Positions 52,670-64,000 of a stretch of 64,000 bases of DNA are shown here, in pieces. Source of the stretch: Ginglymostoma cirratum (taxonomy: Eukaryota); NCBI GenBank assembly GCA_024137785.1, contig JAHRHZ010000013.1, positions 12,728,707 through 12,792,706 of the forward strand, written 5' to 3'. Position 1 is the stretch's first letter. Each line of letters starts with the position of its first letter. The notes beneath the pieces were generated by a model that saw only the letters and a list, made by a program, of their open reading frames with translations, did not search any database and was not told where the DNA came from. The translations under genes were made by a program, and so were the position numbers.

Positions 52670-54100
52670 GCTCTGATATTCGGAAATGTTGTTTTCTTTT
52701 GAACTCTGAAGTCTCCCCTGGCATGTCCCAATCTGTGTGCTAAACAGGCAGGCTTTACGCCAGCAGAGACTCTTATCAGGAGGTTTTTGCACTACCTTCG
52801 CTCCCGGCTTGTTAAAAGAGCTATATTTGCTGGAAAACGACTGAGCGGTCCGCATGTTTCCATGTCTCCTGTGCATACCCACAACGAAACGACGGTAGAT
52901 GTCCCAGGAAGCACTCCAGATTGTGGTCTGAATTCAAAATATTTCCTCTATTAAAATATATCCGAAACCGATTTTTTGACCAGACACAAATATGGTGAGA
53001 GTTTAAAAATTGAATGTCCATCACTGCAGGCAACGGCGATAGCTACTTATTACCTCCTAAGTCCAGAAGGAAAAAAAACAGACAGATATCAGAAATCTGG
53101 GTGAACTTCTTAAAAATGAAATATTCCTCCGTAAAAATGAAATACCGCTTCGGATTGCAGTTCGACTGCAAGGAAATAAATCACCAATAATAATCGGGGA
53201 AGAACAAATCAGAAGAAGGGAACGGTGAAAGAAAGTATGTTATAACCAAACTGTTTGCCAGTAAAGTCAACATTTTCATTTGTGTGTTTCTAGTCCAAAC
53301 ATAACAAATATACGCTGTTAACGTAAGGATAACTTTTGTTGCTCGACTATGCATCAAAAATATTATTATTTAATAATATGAAATAAATGTTGGAAAAAAT
53401 AGCTTTCCCTTTATTTTTAAAGTTGCTATTTATTTCGCCGTTTCTCATGGCCCAAAGATTTCCACGCACTGTCGGCCATCGACCGTTGCAAATGCACGGC
53501 CCCTCAAATGCGTATCCCAACATCTTAATGAATACCATAATTTCTTGTGTATTCTATTATTCCATTAAATAAGTTTCACCACCACTGCTCTAACGTAGAG
53601 GGTTTATTGAGCAATAATCTGATTTTTTTAACTTTAATTATCCGGGATCTGCAGACGGATTCACCATAACATTCTATTACCAGCTCGAGCCGGAAGAAGC
53701 ATGGAGACAAAAAAAAACTCCACGGATTTTTCACGAGAATTGGTACATTATCATAGCCATAACTTCAAAGGTTACCGCGTATTTTTGAAACAAAATGCAA
53801 TTGACCCATATGGTTGGTCAACAGCCTGTGAATCGGAGAATTCCAAACTAGTTCTGCTCATTTAGTCTGGAGACCGAAAGAAAAAAAATCATTTGGTGTA
53901 TTTGTGCAATCCCACCTCACTTCATAATTTCACACCAAGACAAATACACAATGGCTCCCCATGCCTTATGTTTTACTCAAAATGTAAGTGGAAATGGTAG
54001 ATTTCTGAATTTCTGAATGTCCATTGTCTTCCATATTTCTGGATACAGCTCCATGTCTAGTCAAGTTTTTTTTTCCTCTCCGTATTTGGAACAGCTTGTT
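52670..54100 (-). pseudogene. Highly degraded HoxA8 pseudogene relic (exon 1 motifs and homeobox remnant)
   Basis: Collinear Hox8-type motifs lie on the minus strand between A9 and A7: NKLF(S)KY-GE (54100-54076), IQ-fs-YH (54010-53994), RGNL*SYGYDNVP (53779-53741) and RRHG...KENN in homeodomain register (52870-52688). Frameshifts and stops are present. Confidence 0.7.
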
Positions 54101-55750
54101 ATAATTTTATTTTGCTCTGCTTACGGACACGTGAAACATTAAATATTATGTTGCATAGTAACAGATTTGTAGCTGGGAAGCCTGCGTATCAATCGACAAA
54201 AATGGCACAGTGATCACCAAGCATTCATTAGAATTTGTAATCGAATAATAACATAGACATTCCTGACAACATATTGCGGAATATATAGACCTCGGATTTC
54301 GTTACACATCATTTGCTGTTGTTTTCAATCTATAATATGGCTATAAAATTTCCACCATTCTTTCTATGCAGTGTATTAACGGAGGTACAAGCTTGTTTGC
54401 TGTTCTGTCTGAATTCCAGCGCGGTTTTGCGCTGGGCCGATAAGTATCCAGACTTTATAAATGCATATCGATATTGAAAATAAATTGAATATATTCCACC
54501 GAACTCTTCTTGAGAAGATTAATTAATCCGAGCGTCATTAGTTTTTATCACTTTCCACGGTATTTATTGTTATTATTCACGTGATCGTAGGGGCGTCAAT
54601 GGTCGAAGAGTTTTTGACTCAATATACCCATTATATGGAAGTGAGGAAGCCACCTGTTTCAGTTTCCAAAGAGTCAAGCAATTAAAAAAACATGCTGGGC
54701 AATGGTAACACTTTAACCTATGTGGAAACTTCAGTGACGTTATTTAAATAAACCAGCCGCACTGAAACAATACAAACAAATCCGAACGGCTTTTTCACTC
54801 AATCGTGCCCAATATGAGCACAATTATACAAAATCTTTCCACGGAAAAATGGGCACAATTCAGCGGATATACCGCAGTTCCACCCAAGGTGAAAAATATG
54901 ACGTGGGCATCTAGATAGAAAAAAAATCAAGTCTCCACCGCATTGACTTAATTTCTCACCATTATAACACTTGACCAAAGTATTAACAATTTTATGAAAA
55001 TTATAAAAGCTCCCAGCCAGTACTTTACATCCAACGAACATTTTACAACATGCCATTAATAACTCAAAACGCTCAGATGATAGGTATAGTTTTATAAATG
55101 ATTACAATGCGAAGCCAAGTCATAAATATACTAAAAGGTAATTATGTAAAGTTGCATTTATACCTCAGGTTGCAACGTTTAACAATTGGTTCTGAGTGGG
55201 AGAGTTTCAGCATTAACAAGAGTGGGTGCATTTGTGCTTAGGTATAGTGTTTATGTGTAAGTGTGCCTGAGTTTGTGCACATTTACATGTGTGTTAATGG
55301 ATGTGCATAAGTGTCCGTGTAACTGGTGTTTTATATATATAAACATATGCTCTTTTATGTATGATTGATGTATAATAATTCATGCCATTTCAGTTTGAGC
55401 TACTCCTAACTTCCAATCGCCATCCCCTGTTGCACATAGCGGAGCAGACTGAGGAACAAATTGGAAGATAATCAATTTAAATCGTGTTATTGTACATTAA
55501 AAATAAAACACTGAGGTACAAATGGTTTTCTAAACCCTGTGTCAAATGGAATTAATATGTCCACAAATAAGTTGATGGATTCAAAATGAATATACTCCAT
55601 CGACCTCAGTCCATTTTTACAAGTGTCATTTGTGGTAGATGTTTTCATCCTATTTACAACCCACTGTATAGATAAATCCAGGTTTATCGCAGTTAGTATG
55701 TGTTTTGGCAGCTTCGCGGCACAGTTTTTAAATTCTTCTGTGGATTACCA

Positions 55751-55783
55751 CTGCCATCTCCTGGTGAATAAGTAAAACTGCAA
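55751..55783 (-). promoter_or_regulatory. CTCF site between HoxA7 and HoxA9 (7|9 boundary)
   Basis: Core CCAGGAGATGGCAG has 1 mismatch to CCASYAGRKGGCRS and an upstream TGCAG motif. Position is equivalent to the mammalian 7|9 site. Confidence 0.75.
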
Positions 55784-57539
55784 CTAGGAAAATGTAGGCT
55801 GAGAATGCGCACAAACCCTTTTTAAACTGCGAAGAAGCCAATACCTGTATCGTTTTTCACAATGATCGTTGTTATATCTATCACGTTTAATTGTAAATAG
55901 AGTTAAACCACGCTTCAAAATAACTAAAAGACCTGTTATTTTTCCACTAGACGCAATAAATTAGTAAAGAGATATTTGAGGGGCCCGTGTTAAAGACGAG
56001 ACTAATAAAGGTCGTTATTTCCGCAGACCCCTTTGTCTAGGCACCCAGACAAAACAAATGCATCGCCTTCTCTGGAAAAGTACTGATTGTAGCTGGACAG
56101 TTGTAAACTCATTAAAAAGCGAATTCCAGACGGCTTGCCAGACCCTTCATTTTATTGCAAGTCTCCTTGTGTAGTCTTTGAAGTTCCAGATGCAACAACA
56201 GAGGGCGTCACAACATTATAACCGCTCAGACCGAGCACTTCTTTAAAAAAAATTTTTAAATCAATTTCGCCATTGTTTAATGAAATAATAAAAACAAAAC
56301 AATGATTGAAATGCTACTCGAGTGTTTGCCGGCAGATACTGAAGAATACTCCAAATAAAGACCGTCAGTGTCGTGTTTATGCACTTCGCCCCTTAACCTC
56401 CAGCGTTTTACACCCAATAAACGCTTACAGCAGTCATTTGCTTTTATTGCGGTACACCACTCTGGATTTTACTAACAACAGCCACTGCCAAGACTTCTAA
56501 CTACTCGGGCCTCTCTGCCCAGTTTCCAAATCATTTGAATCCCACTAAATCTATCCAAACTGTCGTCGGGGTCTTAAAAAAAGTTACTAGGGATCTTACA
56601 GTTGGAAAGGAAGTTACAAAAAAAGCCAAACACTACCCAACATTCTCTTTAGACTAATGTACTTTTCTTCCGAAGAACTCGACACTTCTGGGTTGACTAG
56701 TTAAAGAAATGGCGGCAGGGATTTGAGCCAGTGCGACTTCCTAGAATTATTTGCCTCGTTATAATGCGATAAAATCTCAACAATTTTGGACCTCTTCACA
56801 CGGACAAGATTATTCATTCTCATTTGCAGCAGAAGTGCTGCATTTCTCGGATAAGTAGCAGACAACAAATCATATAAATAACCAGAGGCCTTGGCGCATG
56901 GCCAGGCGACAGATAAAAGTTGTTAATGCACAGTTTTGCACGCTCTCGGGTTAATTGGTGATAACCGGGCGTTAAGCTCAATCGCATTCTGAATCTTTGT
57001 CATGAGATCCGTTTTCAAGCCAAAGTTGTTACATCACACTTTCTATTTTCTTCCCTTTTTCATAAACTCCAATGCTATTCTAAATTTAGTTACCCCTCTA
57101 AGTCATGTTATGTCAATGGTGGCGATAACATTTCGTTGCAGTATTCACTAAGGACAAGCCAAACTTCGAGTCACGTTTGCAATGTCAGATTTTGTAGTAA
57201 AATCCAAAGATTGAATGTGAAGTAAATCACTAATATTTGCAAACATTGTAATTGGGTGATATTACCGACACAGTTTTTAATCTTAGTTAGAGAATTGGAT
57301 GGTTTTCATTGCCGTGACGATTTGATTCATTGACTTCATTAACTCGTTCGTCTGACCGTTTACATTTTGATTCACCTATTTAAAATACCGGTAAAAGGAA
57401 ACGTGCACATTTTAAAATTTTTCTCCTCGGAATGGAGAACTATGGGCATCCTGCAGTGCTGGTGAAGTAAAAATGTAATTGAGGAGTTCCATGTCATTCA
57501 GAAAGAGAGACCATATTTTATATGTAGTCAAACATATAT

Positions 57540-57545
57540 TTTATT
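57540..57545 (-). terminator. Probable HoxA9 polyadenylation signal
   Basis: AATAAA on the minus strand, about 1.16 kb after the stop. Other AATAAA hexamers occur closer to the stop. Confidence 0.4.
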
Positions 57546-57826
57546 AGACAACAAATAAAATGACATTTCATTACAAACAGTATTGTTTGGTCAATATGAC
57601 ACGAGGTAATCATTTCAAACGTGTACACAAGTGTAAATGTGTTGCTCTACAGTTTTAAAGACGGCCCCCCTCCCCAGTTAAAACACATTGGTGGTATATG
57701 TTATTTCTATTGCACCCAGGCATTTTACTTGTACACATTACATTTATTGACAATGTTGTTTGTTTATTTATTCCATCGCATAAATGTGTCAAAACAATTT
57801 TAAGGGTGACATTTACACACAAAACA

Positions 57827-58450
57827 TAGGTAGTTACTAGTTATACATATAGGTAGTTTTAAACCAAATCTTACACTTTTCTTTGCACCACAACACCGAT
57901 AAATACAAAGTGTCTGAGAACTTTATTCGTGCTTTTCTCACAACAGACAAGAGTATCGTGTAGCATTATGCTCAGCGCTGCTCTTTGAAATACAACTTAT
58001 ATTAGCATTCTATGCAAATCAGTTTCATATAATTTCTGAAGAACAACACAATCGTCATGCACTCCGGGCAAGGCCGTTACTCAGTCTCACAAAGACAGCG
58101 AAAGCCTGGAGTTTCTACAGGTTCATTCACAGTGAAAATAATACAATATATGTTCCAAGTTCACCACGAAAATAACATTTCATATGCACTACACAGCCTG
58201 TTCTCTTTATATTAAACATCCTGAGTTAAATTGAGATATTCCTTTTTTTGTTTACACGATCTTGACTCGGACACCGCCCAAGCACAAAGGCCCAGTCACA
58301 GGGATAATCACGACAACAGACACAAGGATTCAAGTATATAAGCAGCCTCTTTTGCTGCACGTAAAACAAGTAAATATTAAACGAGTACAGTATTACTGAA
58401 TTACTGTCCACACTGAATAGTCGTGGATTAAGAAAAGGTAGTTTTCATGT
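57827..58450 (-). promoter_or_regulatory. miR-196 target sites in HoxA9 3'UTR
   Basis: TAGGTAGT at 57827 and 57850, and AGGTAGTTTTCATGT at 58436. Confidence 0.75.
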
Positions 58451-58703
58451 AAAGTAAGGTAGATTCCGTAGCCACATACTTAACCTTGCCGTAAATGTCT
58501 CCCTCTTTGGTTCCCAACTAACAAGTGTATCAGTCTTTTTACCCACCTAATGCAGTCCAGAACGGGCAAAGGAATAAATTGTGCTAATGGGATGACAAAA
58601 TGTACACATAGTCTTTCTGAAGCAGGGCCTAACTCGATTGTAATTGTGAACTAGTCTTTCTTTTTTTCTCTCTCTCACACACAGAGAAATATTCTAATTC
58701 GTG

Positions 58704-58945
58704 TCACCGGTCGTCTTTAGGTCGCTCCTTGTTGATTTTTTTCATCTTCATCCTTCTGTTCTGAAACCAGATTTTAACTTGCCGTTCGGTGAGATTAAGG
58801 ACTCTGGCGACCTCATACCTGCGGTCTCGTGTGAGGTACATATTAAACAAGAACTCCTTCTCCAGCTCCAAGGTCTGATGCTTGGTGTAGGGGCAACGTT
58901 TCTTTCTGGTAGATCTTGCATGCAGCCAATTGGCGGAAGGGTTAT
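58704..58945 (-). CDS. HOXA9: HoxA9 coding exon 2 (homeodomain)
   Basis: Encodes [72 protein letters not shown]. Acceptor is TTCCAG|AT. Spliced CDS is 260 aa. Confidence 0.97.
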
Positions 58946-59602
58946 CTGGAAGTGTGAAGGAAACACATTTAATATATTTTCCTTCTACATGCGAGTCAAA
59001 ATGTTGCAACGTTCTCATAATCAAAACACCAGTACAGATAAACAAATTTTAAAAAAAGCTGAGGTCGTACTGAATGAATAAGGGTGTTGCTACACTTCTA
59101 GGTGTTTTCACTGACATTTCAACTCTTAATACGAATCGTCTTGCTCAATGAACAAACTCTATGAACGGAGCCCAAAATAAATTAGAAAAAAAATATTGTG
59201 ACAGTCTGTAAATTAGACGTAAATAATCCAATATGTTGCCCAGTTGTTCTTCAATTGGAAGTAATAATAGTTTGTCCTGCAGCTTTAGCCCTTCATTTTC
59301 ATTTGCAACAAATGCACCTGAATTAGAGTTAATTAGATTTAATATCTTCCCCTCTCTCTTCTACAACGAATGGAAATTAGTTCAGTTCAGATCCGAATTG
59401 TGTTCATGATACTGCCGAAATGTACAGCGTTAAGCTTAACCAATTGTTTGAAAACTATTTTGAGTCATGTAATTTAAAAAAATAACGTAAAACTGGAAAC
59501 AGATTTTGTCATTTCACCGTGCAATATAGGAATATGTAACAGTTTGAATTTAAAATCTTTGTCTAGAGAAGTAATACAAAAATGTGACGTCTCCACACTT
59601 AC

Positions 59603-60143
59603 TTGGATCCATGTGTAGCTTATCTGCGTTTGACTCAATCTCTCCATTATTTTCAGTGAAGGAAACCTCGCTCACACGTTTGTCGACAGGAGAAGGTCCG
59701 CAAGTATAATCTGAGAGGGCTAACGTGTGTGTTTCAAACGTGGTGCAGTCACTCCTGCGCGCAGCTACAGGCTCGGGCTTGATGCCGTAGTGTCTACTGG
59801 AAGGTAACCCGGTGAAAGACAGGGTTCCCGGCATGGGCTCTAGCCAGGAGCGCATGTACCTACCATCGGGCGCGGCGGCAATGGGCGCCTGGTGCATGTA
59901 TGGGTGGTAAACAGTGGGCATATTGGCAGAGCTCTGCGCATGAACTGGGCTCCAGGAGGTGCTGAACACGTTGGCTTTGGACTGGAAGTTACATGGGGAG
60001 AAGTCGGGGTGCTCAGCAAGAGCTGTCTGCCTGGAAGACTGAGCCAGTGGACCCGAGACATATCTGGACGACAGCAGCTCCTCGTTCTCATGCATGATAA
60101 GAGAGTCGACATAATAATTGCTGATAGTCCCTGATGTCGACAT
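59603..60143 (-). CDS. HOXA9: HoxA9 coding exon 1
   Basis: Starts MSTSGTISNYYVDS (ATG 60143), contains PDGRYMRSWLEP and RHYGIKPEP, and ends at donor CCAA|GTAAGT. Confidence 0.96.
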
Positions 60144-63100
60144 TCTCGGCAATGACACCGCAAGCGCCTCTGAAAATATGAAAGAGCAGATTTCAATGTA
60201 ACAACTTACCGCGGCGACAAGTACAGTCTGCTAATATGGTGCAGACGCACTTCCTCACCATTGGATAGGCTCCTCACGTGATTCAAAATACAACAATAAA
60301 GTATAAATCAATCCGCAGCTTGTAACAGGGTCAATCTTTTATAGGGAACATTTTATATAGCAAGCCCGTACGTTTTTTTTATGCAAAGGGATATAATCAC
60401 CTCTATATATGGAAGCTGATTTCTTTGTTGCCAGCTGAAATGTGAAGCAAGTATTCGGTTCCAGTTCTTTTTTTAGGGGACTATTTTATATCATAATCAA
60501 TCTTCCCATCAGATGCTCGTTTTTTTTTAACGAACACCTTATAATCGTTAACCTTCACATAAAAGATTATGGAAAGAGTGAAACTATAAACTTCAGAAAA
60601 TAACAACGAAGAAGGAGATTGGACAGGTATTTATTATTCAGGCTTAATAAAATTAAAAACGCATTCTTGACAAATAAAAATCGTTGACGAAGTTTTAAAG
60701 CGTACCTCTGAAAAGTAGCGTGTGTACCTGCAGCTGCTAAAGATCTCTCATTTAAAAAGAAAACGAAGCGCACATAAAGCGGACTGTGACAATCCCCGTT
60801 TTATAACAGTTTGAGCAATAAAACTACATGTTAGCAAACTACAGCCATTCTAAAAAGGCTTTTTTTTTCACCTCCAGCAAACCATAACAAACTACAACTT
60901 CCGCATCCAACGCGCTCTTTTAGTTGACAGATGCAAATATACAGACAAAATACATTTCTTGGGGCACAGGACAATTCTACCGTCCTCCTCTTCAGGCTCG
61001 TGTAGTTTGGGTTTTGCCTTAGTCACTCACTGGTACATTCTGTTGAAAGTAAATCGGGAAACTCTCCCGCACAGACAGTATTCGGAAAGCCAATCTGTGA
61101 TATGCCTAAGATCCTCTTAGTAGCAAATACAAGCAAACGGTTAGATACATAAGCAGAATTAAACGTAAGAGTAATATTGCAGTAAAATTAGAAAATATTC
61201 TTTCTACACTATAATCGGCCTATTAAACATTGTATGTGCAACTAATTACTATGCGTTAAAAACTAACTAGGCCTCTCACACATGCGTTCAGGGTATAAAT
61301 ATATCTACAGCGATGGACAATTTCACTTACATACAGTCAATAAAATTAACGACTGGGATGGAAACCAGAATGCCAACATTGTGGCTTAATGTGACATGGT
61401 TTTAAAGTAAAACATTTTCAACTTTTTTTTGGAAAATGGATTAAAAATCCAGAAAAAAAACTAATCTATAACACAGGTAATAATATGTGTTGTAGGTGCT
61501 TCTTTTTCGGTTAGCCTGGTTAATCAATGCGATTATAGAATGCAATGTTTCATTTCACGTGTAAGAGATAGGCTTCAGTGTATTTGTTCATCCGATTCCA
61601 GTCCAGAGGATTTAGCAAGCACTGTGACAATGTGATACTGGGTTGTGTTCCATTCCGTTACTCCTTTTGAAACATTTTTAATGTATACAATAACTCAAAA
61701 TCCAAGGAAACATTGGCAACAGTTATTCCAATCCAATGCAATATTCTCCAATTTTTGAAAGTCTTACATCTTTGAAGACAACCAATAGCATGGCTTGGTA
61801 TCTGCACTATCTAGTTTTCAAATGAGGCGAGTGGTCTTAATGCCTATTTTCTATTTCTTTGTTGTTATTTTACAATCTATATGCGAACATTTTGAGAATT
61901 TCTGCTACAACAAGTATAATTTAAAAATACCTACGGTGCATCTCGACGGAAGCAACTGTGTTAAATAAAAGCCCCAATCTTCAAAAACTATCGTGAAGTT
62001 GTTGAGCTGCTTCGTGGATCACACAACATAGGAATATCCGTAAAACAAAGACAATTTTTTTAACCTACATTAGACCAAAGTGCTGGCGACGGTCGTGAAC
62101 CGCTTGCTGCAGCTTCCCAACACCACCACCCACCCCCACCCCACACCTCCTCTTCCAACATCCGCTGGCTGTATGTACCCTTATTTCAAAATCTTTACGG
62201 TTAACTGAAATACAATCTCTTTTCCTCGGTGTTGGGTCCTCTATATCCCAAACTTTGTTTAGATTTCCGTGCATTCCTTATGGAGAAGGAGAGATTCATT
62301 CTGTCGCCTTTGAGCCAGCATTGACTATCTGGTCAGCGGAGTGTTACAGCGTCTCTGGCGGAGTGCTAAGGTCTAGAGCAAAATCGAGAACCATTCAAGT
62401 CCAGTGTTGAGCCTCAGAAAGAAACCGTTTTGTGTTTCCTGTGCAGATGGCCTGAAATTAGAACTCAAATATAGATTCTATATTTACAAACTGAAGTTAA
62501 GGCGCTCCGAAACTGCGCAACGTTTAAAAGGACAGTTCCTCTCTTGTAAATGTAGTTGTGTTTAAGCCTAGAGAGAAAAAAAATATAAAATCAAGCCACC
62601 ATTAAAACGCCTGAAAGAATTTGCCAACAACCTTGGAATGTGCCGCTTCTTTCTGCGCTGCATAACGATTTATAGATGTGCACGAAATGTTTGATTTTAA
62701 AATGGTATTGTTGAATTCGTTACAATTAGCACCATGCATTCTCAGACACAAATGAAGCACTATTTTCTCGCAAAAAAACCCGATAATTTATGAAATTTGG
62801 TGAGTTGCCCGGTTTAGACTTACGTCTCAGGCTTTTTATTAACGTTCAACACAGGAAACTCGCATGTTCCTTACAAATTACAGCTCTGGAGCGACGTGTT
62901 GTTAAAAAAAAAGACTACACACAGAGAGAAAGCTTTCAAAGTACGTGGATACAATTCACCAATGGTCTCAGGAAGAAATTAGTATCATCAATCGAAACCT
63001 GTACAGACTGTTCAGCAATAGTCAAAAATAGAGGAATTCACCCATTGTCATCTTAAAATCCACACCAGAGTACCGGAATTAACGCTATTGTCATTTTATA

Positions 63101-64000
63101 GCAAGGCGAGTGCAGTGATAATGAAGCTAGACTGCTATAGATGCATGTGTTGTTTGGAGTCGGTCAATTTACATTCAGATTTGTGCTAGTAACATGTGAA
63201 TTGTAAAATATTTTATTAATTCATGCAACTTTACAGCACTTAAGACTTCCTTCGAAACGCACGGCTCGCGTTCGCTTACAAACTGTGCTCAATACTTTGT
63301 AATACTACCCATCCAAGACTGTTATTTACTGAATGCACCTTGTAGCCAGACAGAAAAAAAAATCACAAATTAAGTCTTTTAAAAAAAATTTCAAACCTGG
63401 GCTCAAAGCGAACGGTTCGATTCAGAGACCACATTCGATAGGTGAAATTTTCTATCATTCTCATTGTATCGTTTAGAATAAAATCTAACTGCTGACGCCT
63501 TTACTTCCGTTCAGATAACATCTGTGTGAAGTTGCAAAGCCAATTTGTGGGCTTGCAGAATGCTATGACGACGCGTGTTCAAAGTGCTTTCATCATTTTC
63601 GAGTCTAATTGGCGTATAGCGTATAATTTGGCAAAGATTTACAAGATATATGTAAAACATAAAATAAGACTAACTAAATCCTGCAGGCATCTGCACGAGA
63701 GGATTCAAATCTAGCCGAGCCGGTCCCGTAGCCACATTCAAGGGTTTAGTTTCAGTAAAATCGTGATTGAAGAATATCTCAAATACCAAGTGTTATGTTG
63801 GATGTTGGTTGCTTACGAAAGGTTGAAACGCTTTCTGGTTCACCCGCATTGGTTCTAAATGAAATGTTCCATTTACAACTGTGCAAATGGACCGCATACA
63901 CCGGCTTTTCAAAGCCAAACCTCTAATTTGAGATTAAAAAGGGAAGTACAAAACTACTGTGGCTCCTTTCTTTTTTTTTACAAAGCCAATAAATCATATA

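Noticed and set aside
56709-56740. GGCAGGGATTTGAGCC, box-B-like fragment
   Set aside because: It is too short and has no accompanying SINE body or tRNA structure.
59840-60196. 118-aa alternative-frame ORF over HoxA9 exon 1
   Set aside because: It has a TTG start, overlaps a GC-rich CDS and has no recognisable domain.
62014-62044. Loose resemblance to mir-196b (GTGGATCACACAACATAGGAATATCCGTAAA)
   Set aside because: The seed ACTACCTA is absent and there is no clear hairpin. A real mir-196 between A9 and A10, if present, probably lies beyond the window end.

Overview
This is vertebrate DNA: the central part of a HoxA cluster, with all genes on the minus strand. It contains HoxA3, A4, A5, A6, A7 and A9, each with two coding exons and canonical GT-AG phase-1 introns. 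The protein sequences, intact HoxA6, AT-rich intergenic DNA and a shark-type SINE point to a cartilaginous fish; the species cannot be fixed from the sequence alone. Recognisable regulatory elements include three DR5 RAREs, HB-1 intron elements, the 6/7 'four-cluster' promoter element, CTCF sites at 5|6 and 7|9, and miR-196/miR-10 target sites. The main finding is a heavily decayed but collinear HoxA8 pseudogene between A7 and A9, with promoter, exon 1 motifs and a homeobox relic. Other notable points are a HoxA9T exitron with its 173-nt geometry but no AG acceptor, a possible mir-10 relic upstream of A4, candidate non-coding exons for long HoxA3 transcripts, and a SINE flanked by ~93-bp direct repeats in the A3 intron. 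All comparisons to orthologues are from memory; no alignments or searches were run.
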